In this document: positions 15,927 through 24,257 of the stretch, piece after piece
Numbering within the stretch: position 1 is the stretch's first letter
How the letters are laid out: the number at the start of each line of letters is the position of its first letter
Origin: Pseudomonadota bacterium
GTDB lineage: Bacteria; Pseudomonadota; Alphaproteobacteria; UBA2136; JAPKEQ01
Assembly: GCA_036141575.1 (NCBI GenBank)
Contig: JAYZXF010000011.1
Span: forward strand, 173,021 to 205,020
DNA length: 32,000 nucleotides
Reading direction: 5' to 3'
The notes under the pieces: generated by a model
What the model was told of the DNA's origin: nothing
What the model saw: the letters and a program-made list of their open reading frames with translations, nothing else
Databases searched by the model: none
Translations under genes and position numbers: made by a program

Positions 15927-16706
15927 ATGCCCTCCATGGGAATGGATCCACTAAAGCAGTTTAAGATTGAAAAGGTTGCTGAGTTTGATGTGCTTGGCCA
16001 ACATGTAGTCATGACAAACCAATCACTTTGGATGCTTCTTTCTGTTATTGCAGTTTCATTTTTGTACGCGTTTGCTGTACGTAAAAAAGAAATCGTACCA
16101 GGCCGCATGCAAATGCTTGCCGAAGTGACGTACGACTTTATCCATGGCATGGTAAAAGATACAACAGGGACGGCTGGTCTTAAGTTTGTTCCATTTGTAT
16201 TTACACTCTTCCTCTTCATCGCGATGATTAACCTTCTTGGTATGGTGCCAGGTTCGTTTACATCAACATCTCAGGTGTTTGTAACAGGTGCACTGGCGCT
16301 GACTGTCTTCCTTATGGTTGTTTTCTTTGGTGTTTACCTGCACGGCCTTAAATTCTTTGGCATGTTTTGGCCAAAGGGTGCGCCACTGGCCATCGCACCA
16401 TTTATTATGCTTCTAGAAATTATGTCGTTCATTGCACGCCCAGCTACACTGACAATTCGTCTATGTGCAAACATGATGGCGGGTCACATTCTTATTAAAG
16501 TTGTGGCAACGTTTATCGTAATGTTTATGGCTGCAATCAGCACAATGGGACTTTTCGGAGTTCTAGGAATTGGAGCAATGAGCATGGTGACATTCGCAAT
16601 GCTGACTGCTCTTACTCTACTTGAAATTTTTGTTGCGGTACTTCAAGCATACATCTTTACGGTTCTTGCTTGTGTGTATCTCAATGATGCGTTACACCTG
16701 CACTAG
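15927..16706 (+). CDS. atpB: F0F1 ATP synthase subunit a
   Basis: A multi-pass membrane protein with the conserved PATLTIRLCANMMAGH motif (essential Arg). The start is uncertain: ATG at 15927, 15936 or 15942. The TTG at 15864 lies inside the upstream terminator, so it is rejected. Confidence 0.93.
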   Translation: MPSMGMDPLKQFKIEKVAEFDVLGQHVVMTNQSLWMLLSVIAVSFLYAFAVRKKEIVPGRMQMLAEVTYDFIHGMVKDTTGTAGLKFVPFVFTLFLFIAMINLLGMVPGSFTSTSQVFVTGALALTVFLMVVFFGVYLHGLKFFGMFWPKGAPLAIAPFIMLLEIMSFIARPATLTIRLCANMMAGHILIKVVATFIVMFMAAISTMGLFGVLGIGAMSMVTFAMLTALTLLEIFVAVLQAYIFTVLACVYLNDALHLH

Positions 16707-16758
16707 GTCGTAACACCAACATTAATATAAGTTTTAACTTAAAAAAGGAAAAAGAAAC

Positions 16759-16989
16759 ATGGCAACTGAAGCTGCTTCTTTGAAAGTAATTGGTGCAGGT
16801 CTTGCTGCATTTGGTATGATCGGTGCTGGTATCGGTCTTGGTATCGTATTTGGTAACTTCTTTAACGCTGTTGCTCGCCAACCATCTATGGAAGGCGCGC
16901 TAAGTAAGTACCTTATTATTGGTATGGCACTTGTAGAAGCGATTGCACTATTCGCGTTCGCTATCGCAATGCTTATCCTATTCGTATAA
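16759..16989 (+). CDS. atpE: F0F1 ATP synthase subunit c
   Basis: A 76-aa hairpin proteolipid with GAGIGLG, the ARQP loop, and the carboxylate in LVEAIALF. Confidence 0.95.
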   Translation: MATEAASLKVIGAGLAAFGMIGAGIGLGIVFGNFFNAVARQPSMEGALSKYLIIGMALVEAIALFAFAIAMLILFV

Positions 16990-17011
16990 TTTAAAACGCT
17001 GAGGGAACCTT

Positions 17012-17506
17012 ATGGACCTGTTGAATGCTGAATATCTACATAACCAGCTCTTCTGGACGACGCTTTCGTTTGTTCTTTTGATGCTGTTTATGTGGAAATG
17101 GGCTCTTCCTGCCATCAACGATGTGTTGGACGAGCGCGCTGGCCGTATTAAGGATGACCTTGATAAAGCCTCTGCTCTTAAAACTGAAGCTCAAGAAGCG
17201 CTTGCTGCTTACGAGAAGCAAGTGAAGCAAGCTCGCGAGGAAGCTGCTGAAATCGTGACACGCGCACGTATGGAAGCTGAGCAAATCGTACAGACGAGAA
17301 AAACAGAACTCGAAACTGAAATTTCTCGTAAGAGTGCAGAAGCGGCAAAAAGCATTGAGCAAGCCCGCGCTCGCGCACTTGAGACGCTACATGATGATGT
17401 TGTAAGCATCGTTGTAACAGCGACTGAAAAGCTTGTAGAGCAAAGCGTTGATAAAAAGACTGCAAGTAAGCTAACTGACGAAGCCATTAAAGGCCTTGTT
17501 CACTAA
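17012..17506 (+). CDS. atpF: F0F1 ATP synthase subunit b (only b-type gene in this operon)
   Basis: It has an N-terminal transmembrane helix followed by a long charged helix (ERAGRIKDDLDKASALKTEAQEAL..), as is typical of subunit b or b'. Confidence 0.88.
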   Translation: MDLLNAEYLHNQLFWTTLSFVLLMLFMWKWALPAINDVLDERAGRIKDDLDKASALKTEAQEALAAYEKQVKQAREEAAEIVTRARMEAEQIVQTRKTELETEISRKSAEAAKSIEQARARALETLHDDVVSIVVTATEKLVEQSVDKKTASKLTDEAIKGLVH

Positions 17507-17527
17507 GCTTACGTATGTCATATACGC

Positions 17528-17556
17528 AAAAAGGCCGCCCAATGGGCGGCCTTTTT
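17528..17556. terminator. Bidirectional intrinsic terminator between atpF and the GCS2-type ligase gene
   Basis: aaaaaggccgccc / gggcggccttttt is a perfect GC-rich stem with A5 and T5 flanks. Confidence 0.8.
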
Positions 17557-17566
17557 AGTGTTTCGT

Positions 17567-18772
17567 TTAAGCGTTAAACTTGGCGGTTGCACAAGCGAGG
17601 AACTTTATAACTGCTTCCTCAGCATGGGCTTCATCATCATCATTCTCTGCAAGCGCATCATGATAATGCTTCAGAATGGTTGAAGAAACAGCCGTGCGAT
17701 CCAGAATTTTGTAAAGCTTTTCAAAATATGGGAAAGCAGTGCCGCTCATGGCAACCTTAGCATAAGGCTCCAAGTCTTTCAGGATGGCTTCAGCAGCATG
17801 GCGGAAGCGAAGCTTGCCGTAACTGCCATCATCTTGCAGGATGTTCACATAGGCGCGACGCCCGTGTTCAGTCACAGCATTTAGGTTGCTCGTCACAATG
17901 CCAGGGTCTTCCAGTGCCCGCTCAGGGTGGTCCAGAAGGTAGCCTTTGAGAGCGGCTGTCAGAGCTGCAATGGGAGCCATGTCATCCACGTAGGTGATTG
18001 CATCAGCTACACGGACTTCACAAGTGGGCTGCTTTTTGCACGCCCGCACCCAATACCACATAGTTGTGGCATCTTCAGCTTCACCAATGACTTTCTGCGC
18101 TTCAATGTAGTTATTCCATTCTGCCAAAGTTTTGGCAGCACCAGTGTAAACACCAGAGTTTGGAAAATTCGACCATGCTTGTTGCCTCGTGCTATGAAAG
18201 CCAGAGTTGTTACCAGCTGTAATGGGGCTGGAAAGCGACAAGCCAAGGAAGAGCCACAGGAATTCCTGAAATGCATTCATCAGACGAACTCGGTCATCAG
18301 GGTCAGTGACTTCTACATGAAAGTGAGCAGCACAAGGATCAAAATCCTTCATGAGCTCAAACACAGCACCACCTTTAAGCTTTTTCAAGGTTTCTTGGTA
18401 ACGGCTTTGAGATGTGATTGCTGGGCTTTCTTGAAACGTGACTGGGCTTGCACCAGCACTAATGTAAACAAGGCCCATATCACGAGCTGTATTCACCAAC
18501 ACTTTACGAATAAAATGCATTTCTGCATTAAAGTCGTCCATGTTGCTGTGTGCACCAGAGTTGAACTCAACTTGATGGACGCGGGCTTCATGTTTGATGG
18601 TGGCGCGGGCAATGGAGTCCGCAATTTGACCGTTCTCGTAAGCTGCTTGAATTTTCTTGCAGCAACGCCGAATAAACTCATCCTGAACGTGTTGGCACAG
18701 GTTGGGTTGAAAGGTTTCTGCATTTAGCAGATAGCCTTCACCTTCTGTTGCAACGTGCTCAACATTAGACAT
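17567..18772 (-). CDS. YbdK-type carboxylate-amine ligase (glutamate-cysteine ligase family 2)
   Basis: It is colinear with my recollection of E. coli YbdK: KHEARVHQVEF, RYQETLKKL, AAHFHVEV, SLSSPITAGNNSGFHSTRQQAWSNFPNSG and MWYWVRACKKQPTCEVRVADA. GGAGG lies 10 nt upstream of the ATG. Confidence 0.78.
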   Translation of the reverse strand: MSNVEHVATEGEGYLLNAETFQPNLCQHVQDEFIRRCCKKIQAAYENGQIADSIARATIKHEARVHQVEFNSGAHSNMDDFNAEMHFIRKVLVNTARDMGLVYISAGASPVTFQESPAITSQSRYQETLKKLKGGAVFELMKDFDPCAAHFHVEVTDPDDRVRLMNAFQEFLWLFLGLSLSSPITAGNNSGFHSTRQQAWSNFPNSGVYTGAAKTLAEWNNYIEAQKVIGEAEDATTMWYWVRACKKQPTCEVRVADAITYVDDMAPIAALTAALKGYLLDHPERALEDPGIVTSNLNAVTEHGRRAYVNILQDDGSYGKLRFRHAAEAILKDLEPYAKVAMSGTAFPYFEKLYKILDRTAVSSTILKHYHDALAENDDDEAHAEEAVIKFLACATAKFNA

Positions 18773-19036
18773 GCAGAGGTAGCCTCCGTTGTAAGGGGGT
18801 GGAAAAAGGAAAGAGAGAGAGTGCCTTAAAAAGGCATATTTATAAGATATATATAGGTAACCTCCTCTTAAAGGGCAAGTAAAAGAGGTGTAAAATATTA
18901 AAAAATCAGACTTATCTTGAAAAAAGTCCTTGTCAGAATAGGTGTTTGGCTGTACTTTGCCGAAGTTAATGGGTTATTTGCGACCCGAATCCTAGGGTTT
19001 AAAGGGCAAAACAAGATTTAAATGAAGGCAATTGAC

Positions 19037-19246
19037 ATGAAAAAAGATATCCACCCAGATTACCACACAATTACTGTGGAAATGACTGATGGCACAACTT
19101 ACGAAACACGCTCAACTTGGGGCAAAGAAGGCGACAAACTTGTACTTGGTGTAGACCCTAAATCACACCCAGCTTACACAGGTCAGCGCCGTATGCTTGA
19201 TACTGAAGGTCGTGTTGATGCCTTCAAACGTAAGTTTGGTATGTAA
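19037..19246 (+). CDS. rpmE: 50S ribosomal protein L31
   Basis: [43 protein letters not shown]. The start was set at the ATG at 19037 (the ORF track begins 5 codons earlier). No CxxC zinc motif is present. Confidence 0.95.
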   Translation: MKKDIHPDYHTITVEMTDGTTYETRSTWGKEGDKLVLGVDPKSHPAYTGQRRMLDTEGRVDAFKRKFGM

Positions 19247-19261
19247 TTCATACACAAATCT

Positions 19262-19288
19262 AAAAAGAGGCCTTCGGGCCTCTTTTTT
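19262..19288. terminator. Bidirectional intrinsic terminator between rpmE and cheW
   Basis: aaaaagaggcc ttcg ggcctcttttt is a perfect stem with A and T flanks. Confidence 0.8.
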
Positions 19289-19304
19289 ATATTAAACGGT
19301 TTGT

Positions 19305-19799
19305 TTACTCAGCCATTTCGCCAAGTTCGTTGAGCTCACCTTTAGAGAACACTTTGCCAAGATTAATCAGGATGATCATGTCCTTGCCGTCTTTGCCTTG
19401 GTGTGTAATGCCTTTGATGTATTCATTTCCAACGCCGCCAGCAACAATCTTAGGGGCAGGGGTAATGCTGTTTTCAGGAATGCGCATCACTTCATGGATA
19501 GCATCTACAATGAGACCAACCATGTTGCCACCAAGTTGGCAGATAATAATGCGTGTATCTGCGTCATACTCTTTAGGCTCTAAATCAAAGCGTTTACGAA
19601 GATCGATAATAGGTAAAATTTGGCCACGAAGGTTGATCACACCTTCAACAAACTCAGGCGCTGATGGGACAGGGGTAATGTCCATCATAAGGGTAATTTC
19701 ACGTGTATCATGAATTGGAAGCGCGAACTGCTCTCCTACAAGATAGAAGGTAACCAGTTGAACAATTGCATTTATATCTTGCTGTACAGCATCTGCCAT
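19305..19799 (-). CDS. cheW: Chemotaxis coupling protein CheW
   Basis: LVTFYLVGEQFALPI, PSAPEFVEGVINLRGQILPIIDLRKRF. 164 aa, the typical CheW size. Confidence 0.9.
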   Translation of the reverse strand: MADAVQQDINAIVQLVTFYLVGEQFALPIHDTREITLMMDITPVPSAPEFVEGVINLRGQILPIIDLRKRFDLEPKEYDADTRIIICQLGGNMVGLIVDAIHEVMRIPENSITPAPKIVAGGVGNEYIKGITHQGKDGKDMIILINLGKVFSKGELNELGEMAE

Positions 19800-19819
19800 G
19801 GAGCTTATTCTTTTTATTT

Positions 19820-19835
19820 TGGTTCAAATTTTGCA
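19820..19835 (+). promoter_or_regulatory. Candidate sigma-54 (-24/-12) promoter upstream of fliI-fliJ
   Basis: TGGTTC-AAATT-TTGCA compared with the consensus TGGCAC-N5-TTGCW. The GG and GC dinucleotides have correct spacing. It lies about 70 nt upstream of the fliI ATG. Confidence 0.4.
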
Positions 19836-19904
19836 TATCTCTTAAGGGATACGCTACAATAAAGCATAAAATAAAAACGCAGAAAAAGAAACACTCGAAA
19901 CAGC

Positions 19905-21272
19905 ATGAACAACCCTTTTGACCCGCTCTTTAAACAGTCAGACCAAATTAGCCCTGTCAGACACTTTGGTCATGTCACGGATATTCATGGCCTCATGCTT
20001 AAATGTAGTGGTCTCACAAGGCCGTTCCTCGGGCAGCGTGTTTCTGTTGAAAAAGTTGATGGTGAGCGCATCCTTGGTGATGTAGTTGCGCTTTCTGAAG
20101 GTGTGTGTACCGTTATGCCATTTGGTAGCATGGAAGGTATTTCTATTGGCGCTAAGGTGATTGAAGATCGTGAAGGTCATATTGCCTCTGTAAGCATGGG
20201 TATGGTCGGTCGTGTGATTAATGCTCTTGGTGAACCAATTGATGGCAAAGGTGCTCTGCCAACAGCACATGAAAATCTACCTCTCAAAGCGCAGGCGCCT
20301 AACCCACGTGACCGTAAGCCTGTGGGGCGTATGCTAGATACAGGCGTGCGCGTTCTCAATACATTCCTACCCTTCTGTAAAGGTCAGCGTATGGCAATTT
20401 TCTCAGGCTCTGGTGTAGGTAAGTCTGTTCTGATGTCTATGGTTGCCAAATATAGTGAAGCTGATATTAACGTGATTGGCCTCATTGGTGAGCGTGGTCG
20501 AGAAGTACGTGAGTTTGTAGAAGAGCAACTTGGTGAAGAAGGTTTGAAACGCTCTATTGTGATTGTTGCGACGGGTGATGAACCGCCAATGATGCGCCGT
20601 CAAGCGGCATACCTTACGCTTACTGTTGCAGAATACTTTAGAAATCAAGGTAAAGACGTGATGCTATTTATGGATAGTGTGACGCGTTTTGCTATGGCAC
20701 AGCGTGAAATCGGTCTGTCTATTGGTGAACCTCCAACTACACGTGGTTATCCGCCGTCTGTATTTAGTGAGTTGCCACGCCTTTTAGAGCGTGCAGGTCC
20801 AGGTCGTGAAAATGAAGGAACAATTACAGCCCTATTTACCGTATTGGTAGAAGGGGGGGACATGGAAGAACCTGTGGCCGATGCGGTGCGTGGTATTGTA
20901 GATGGCCACATTGTTCTTGAGCGTAAGCTTGCAGAAAAAGGGCATTTCCCTGCGGTGCAGGTTCTTAAGTCTATTTCTCGTATGGCGCCAGCGTGCTACG
21001 ACGAAGACCAGCATAAATCAGTGACAGAAGCCCGTGGCCTGCTCTCTACTTATAATGATATGGAAGAGCTCATTCGTCTCGGGGCTTACAAAGAAGGAAG
21101 TGACCCTGCAGTAGATAAAGCCATTCGCCATATGCCAAAGCTTGAGGCGTTCCTAAAGCAAGCACCAAAGGATCATACTGAGCAAGCCGCAAGCTTTAGT
21201 AGCCTTGCTGAGGCCCTTAAAGGCAACGGAGCGCGTAAGGTGAATCCTCAAGAGGGTGAGATTCCTCAATGA
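19905..21272 (+). CDS. fliI: Flagellum-specific ATPase FliI
   Basis: Walker A is GSGVGKS and Walker B is VMLFMDSVTRFA. It has an F1-beta-like fold signature. 455 aa. Confidence 0.95.
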   Translation: MNNPFDPLFKQSDQISPVRHFGHVTDIHGLMLKCSGLTRPFLGQRVSVEKVDGERILGDVVALSEGVCTVMPFGSMEGISIGAKVIEDREGHIASVSMGMVGRVINALGEPIDGKGALPTAHENLPLKAQAPNPRDRKPVGRMLDTGVRVLNTFLPFCKGQRMAIFSGSGVGKSVLMSMVAKYSEADINVIGLIGERGREVREFVEEQLGEEGLKRSIVIVATGDEPPMMRRQAAYLTLTVAEYFRNQGKDVMLFMDSVTRFAMAQREIGLSIGEPPTTRGYPPSVFSELPRLLERAGPGRENEGTITALFTVLVEGGDMEEPVADAVRGIVDGHIVLERKLAEKGHFPAVQVLKSISRMAPACYDEDQHKSVTEARGLLSTYNDMEELIRLGAYKEGSDPAVDKAIRHMPKLEAFLKQAPKDHTEQAASFSSLAEALKGNGARKVNPQEGEIPQ

Positions 21273-21688
21273 GTACATTAAGTACCTTACAGAAAGTTGC
21301 CAAACGAGCAACTGATGAAAAACAGCGTCAAATTTCTGAGATTCTTGCTGTAATGAAACAGATGGAAGATCGTAAAGCTGAGCTGACTTCTAAAATGGAG
21401 AGTGAGCATAAATCAGCCATGCAAGCTGGGGATGCATTTCTACTCAACCAAGCAGGCCTTTTTAAAGAAATGGCTGATGCTGAAATTCAAGATATTAATG
21501 AAGCAGCTGTGGACGCAGAAGCCATCCTTGCAGAGCGCCGTGAAGAGTTAACAGCTCTTTATGCAGAGCAGCGCCGTTATGAGATTCTTATGGAGCGTAA
21601 AGCTGAAGAGGAGCGTAAAGCACGCGCTAAAAAGCAGCAGGAAGCTTTAGATGAAGTGGCTGCAACGATGTACTCCAACCAGTCCTAA
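21269..21688 (+). CDS. fliJ: Flagellar export protein FliJ
   Basis: A 139-aa coiled-coil protein with a 4-nt ATGA overlap with fliI. Position and composition are typical of FliJ. Confidence 0.7.
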   Translation: MSTLSTLQKVAKRATDEKQRQISEILAVMKQMEDRKAELTSKMESEHKSAMQAGDAFLLNQAGLFKEMADAEIQDINEAAVDAEAILAERREELTALYAEQRRYEILMERKAEEERKARAKKQQEALDEVAATMYSNQS

Positions 21689-21689
21689 T

Positions 21690-21801
21690 CCTCTTATAAA
21701 AGGCTGCAAATTATTGATTCTTTCGCTTCCGTTGCTCAGGTACAATAAGTACATTGCGCTACGGCTCTCATAATCAATAATTTTCGCTCGTTTCTAAGAG
21801 G
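21690..21801. repeat. Palindromic intergenic repeat, copy B (112 bp)
   Basis: It is 66/84 identical to copy A over the core. A perfect 12-bp stem pairs aaattattgatt (21708-21719) with aatcaataattt (21772-21783). The outer inverted ends are cctctta (21690-21696) / taagagg (21795-21801). It starts 2 nt after the fliJ stop. Confidence 0.7.
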
Positions 21802-21819
21802 TTATGATCAGGTTGAGGG

Positions 21820-22170
21820 TTAATAGATTGTGCGCTTTGTGAGTTCGTCATTCAGGAGGTCTTCAAGGCTTTTGGGAAGGCTCAATCCTGGCTGAATCTC
21901 TCTTGTAGACATACTACTCTGCTCTGAAACAAACACCATCTGCAACGCTTTAGGCATAAGGTCGTGGTAAACCTTATGTTTCAGAGTCTGCAAATCATCA
22001 ACATTCTCAATCTTAGAATCTGATAGCCATGTATCAAGCGCACTGGTATCAACTGTATGCTTATCACACAAGTAGCTTACATGGAGTTTGCCGCCCTCTA
22101 AATTGGTGCTCAGGCGCACGAGAGGCCATGCAGAGTCACTTTTCACATCGATCAGTTCAGGGAATGCCAT
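21820..22170 (-). CDS. Hypothetical 116-aa protein, last gene of the flhA-flhF-flhG-fliK operon
   Basis: The ATG at 22170 has AAGGA 7 nt upstream; the ORF track starts at 22188, overlapping the fliK-like stop. I recognise no motif. Confidence 0.55.
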   Translation of the reverse strand: MAFPELIDVKSDSAWPLVRLSTNLEGGKLHVSYLCDKHTVDTSALDTWLSDSKIENVDDLQTLKHKVYHDLMPKALQMVFVSEQSSMSTREIQPGLSLPKSLEDLLNDELTKRTIY

Positions 22171-22180
22171 GTTTTTATCC

Positions 22181-24211
22181 TTATACATTCATATTGAATT
22201 GTGTGTCGCCAGTGAGCTCAGCTCCAGTTACTGGAGGTGGTGGAAGCTCTTCAAGCACTTGAATATCAATTTTAGCGTCAAACCCGTAACCAGATCCAAC
22301 GTTTTCAACCAGTTTTCTTAAGCCTTGTTCAGCATCTTTGCTCAGTGGGCGTTCAAGCTTCATATTTAAAACAAGAGACATGCCATCTACGCGGCCATCA
22401 AGGTGGATGGGGCCAAGCTCGCTAAGGCCGAAACGGAAGACAAATTGGCTTGATGGCGCTTTGCCGTCACCGCCTTTATCTCTCTTCCAGAAAAAGTGAC
22501 CTTGGTCAGGTGTGTCTCCGTAATTTTCAAGGAATGGGAAAATGAGGCTACGCCAGCTGTTATCCCCAACATCATTACGAGCAGCCATATTAAGCTGAGA
22601 TGTATCAGCGCTAAGGTCTACACCAAGTGCGCGTAAAATATTGACAGTATCTCGGTCTACAAAACGTGAAATGTCATTTTTAGCAACAGCTTCAGCAAAG
22701 GAGAGGAAAGGACCCATGAAGCCTTCACCGAGGCGTGGCAAACTATCATAAAGCTTTGTACCAGCGTCATCATGGCCTTTTTGGTAAAGTATCTCGAGCG
22801 CTTTAAACAAGCCGTCCCATTTTTGACCCATGGCCTCTTGCACTTGAGCGCCCGGCGTAAGGGAAGGCGTAATGATTTGGTTAATCATGGTGGTGCCGTC
22901 AGGTTTGTTGCTGAGTACAAGCTTGGTACCTACTGGGAGAGGTGTTTCTGATGGGGCCCCAATAATAAGAGGCGGTCGCCCTTCCAGTTTAATGCTGTAA
23001 AACCCTTCGCCCATTTGAGATTGGATGACAGCGACTTGTTGGCCGGGTTGTGCCGTACCTGCTGCTGGGGCAGGGGTAAAGACAACTTGGTTGATTGCTG
23101 TCATGGTGCCTGATGGCCTGCCTGTTGGCGTTGGTTTAAAGCTGATACGTGCATGCCCATCTACCGGAATTGGTGAGGGGGTGCGGAGTGTAGGAACATC
23201 CTTCGCTGGAAGTGCGCTTGCTTCTGCACCTCTATTGAGTGAAACAGGCGTTTCAAACTGTAATGTTTTTTGTGCATTGAGGGACACTGTCACAGGTGCG
23301 CTCTGTACAGGGTATAGTCTCACGCGAGGAGCTTCAGAAAGTGGCTGCTTAACTTGTGCTTGTGCGGCTTCTGGCGCTGCTGAAAGCTTTTGTAAAATGA
23401 GCTGTTCTAAAGGTTTTGAAACGTGAGTTTGGCTGACAGGAATGGTACGCGGCGCAAGTGCTTCGGTGCGCCCTTGTGTTGATGGCGTGCTTGGTTGTGG
23501 CAAAGCTTCAGGCTTCACGTTGATAGATTCAATACTGACCTTAACAGGCTGCCCTGTCGTTGTGGATGGGTTTCCTGATGGTTTAATATTGAGTGTTGTG
23601 CCAACTGGCAGTTTTTGTGGCAGTTTCACAGTAAAATCTTGGGTCCCACGATTCGTCGGGGAGAGGACTGTTAGTATAAGCTGTGATGTCCCTGTTTGGC
23701 TTGAGGTTGGGGTATGGCCTGTCACGCGCACCTCAACAGGTGTACTTGGTAGAGTTAAGGGCGCGCCTTTACTTGTTGGCTGAGCTGTATGCGTGCCTGT
23801 TAAAACTGCTTTTAGACCATCGAGTGGAAGTTGTGCCCCTTTGGTGGCAGTTGCGTTTGTAGAAGCTGAAGCTGCGCTGCTTGCTGCTTGATCTGCGCCT
23901 TTGCTTGGTACAGTGGCCTGTGGAAGTTCAAATCGAAGCGTTTGAGCTTTTTTGCCAGCATGAGTGATGCGAAGCTTAAGTTCTGTACCTTTTGGCAGAG
24001 GAGGCGTGATGCGAGCTTGTACTTCTCGTCCATCACTTAAACGAACCGTAGATTCACCTTTGCTGTTACTGCGAACAATCTGTGCCTCTATCTCTCCTTT
24101 TGGAACGGGGTCTTTAAGAGGAGGGTTAAAAGATACAGAAACCTCACGACGGCTCGGTGTGCCGGCTTGACCGACAATAACAAGCTGCGTACTGGTACTA
24201 AGTGTGTTCAT
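22181..24211 (-). CDS. fliK: Flagellar hook-length control protein FliK-like
   Basis: 676 aa with a P/T/S/Q/A-rich central region. The C-terminal region FRFGLSELGPIHLDGRVDGMSLVLNMKLERPLSKDAEQGLRKLVENV resembles the Flg_hook (FliK C-terminal) domain. It sits in a flagellar operon. Confidence 0.6.
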   Translation of the reverse strand: MNTLSTSTQLVIVGQAGTPSRREVSVSFNPPLKDPVPKGEIEAQIVRSNSKGESTVRLSDGREVQARITPPLPKGTELKLRITHAGKKAQTLRFELPQATVPSKGADQAASSAASASTNATATKGAQLPLDGLKAVLTGTHTAQPTSKGAPLTLPSTPVEVRVTGHTPTSSQTGTSQLILTVLSPTNRGTQDFTVKLPQKLPVGTTLNIKPSGNPSTTTGQPVKVSIESINVKPEALPQPSTPSTQGRTEALAPRTIPVSQTHVSKPLEQLILQKLSAAPEAAQAQVKQPLSEAPRVRLYPVQSAPVTVSLNAQKTLQFETPVSLNRGAEASALPAKDVPTLRTPSPIPVDGHARISFKPTPTGRPSGTMTAINQVVFTPAPAAGTAQPGQQVAVIQSQMGEGFYSIKLEGRPPLIIGAPSETPLPVGTKLVLSNKPDGTTMINQIITPSLTPGAQVQEAMGQKWDGLFKALEILYQKGHDDAGTKLYDSLPRLGEGFMGPFLSFAEAVAKNDISRFVDRDTVNILRALGVDLSADTSQLNMAARNDVGDNSWRSLIFPFLENYGDTPDQGHFFWKRDKGGDGKAPSSQFVFRFGLSELGPIHLDGRVDGMSLVLNMKLERPLSKDAEQGLRKLVENVGSGYGFDAKIDIQVLEELPPPPVTGAELTGDTQFNMNV

Positions 24212-24257
24212 GACCTATTTCATTCAAAAATAACGCCAAACTTACGAAAAACAGGCC

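Noticed and set aside
17927-18727. 266-aa + strand ORF antisense to the GCS2-type ligase gene
   Set aside because: It is a shadow ORF opposite a gene that is colinear with YbdK. It has no SD and odd composition.
23025-23783. Two + strand ORFs (133 and 113 aa) inside the fliK-like gene
   Set aside because: They are antisense frames of a Pro/Thr/Ser/Ala-rich coding region, which naturally lack stop codons. There is no independent support.
24223-24238. Sigma-54-like motif TGGCGT-N5-TTGAA (minus strand) just upstream of fliK
   Set aside because: The -12 element has GA instead of GC. The predicted start would fall about 1 nt before the ATG, leaving no room for a leader or SD. fliK is more simply read as part of the flhA operon.
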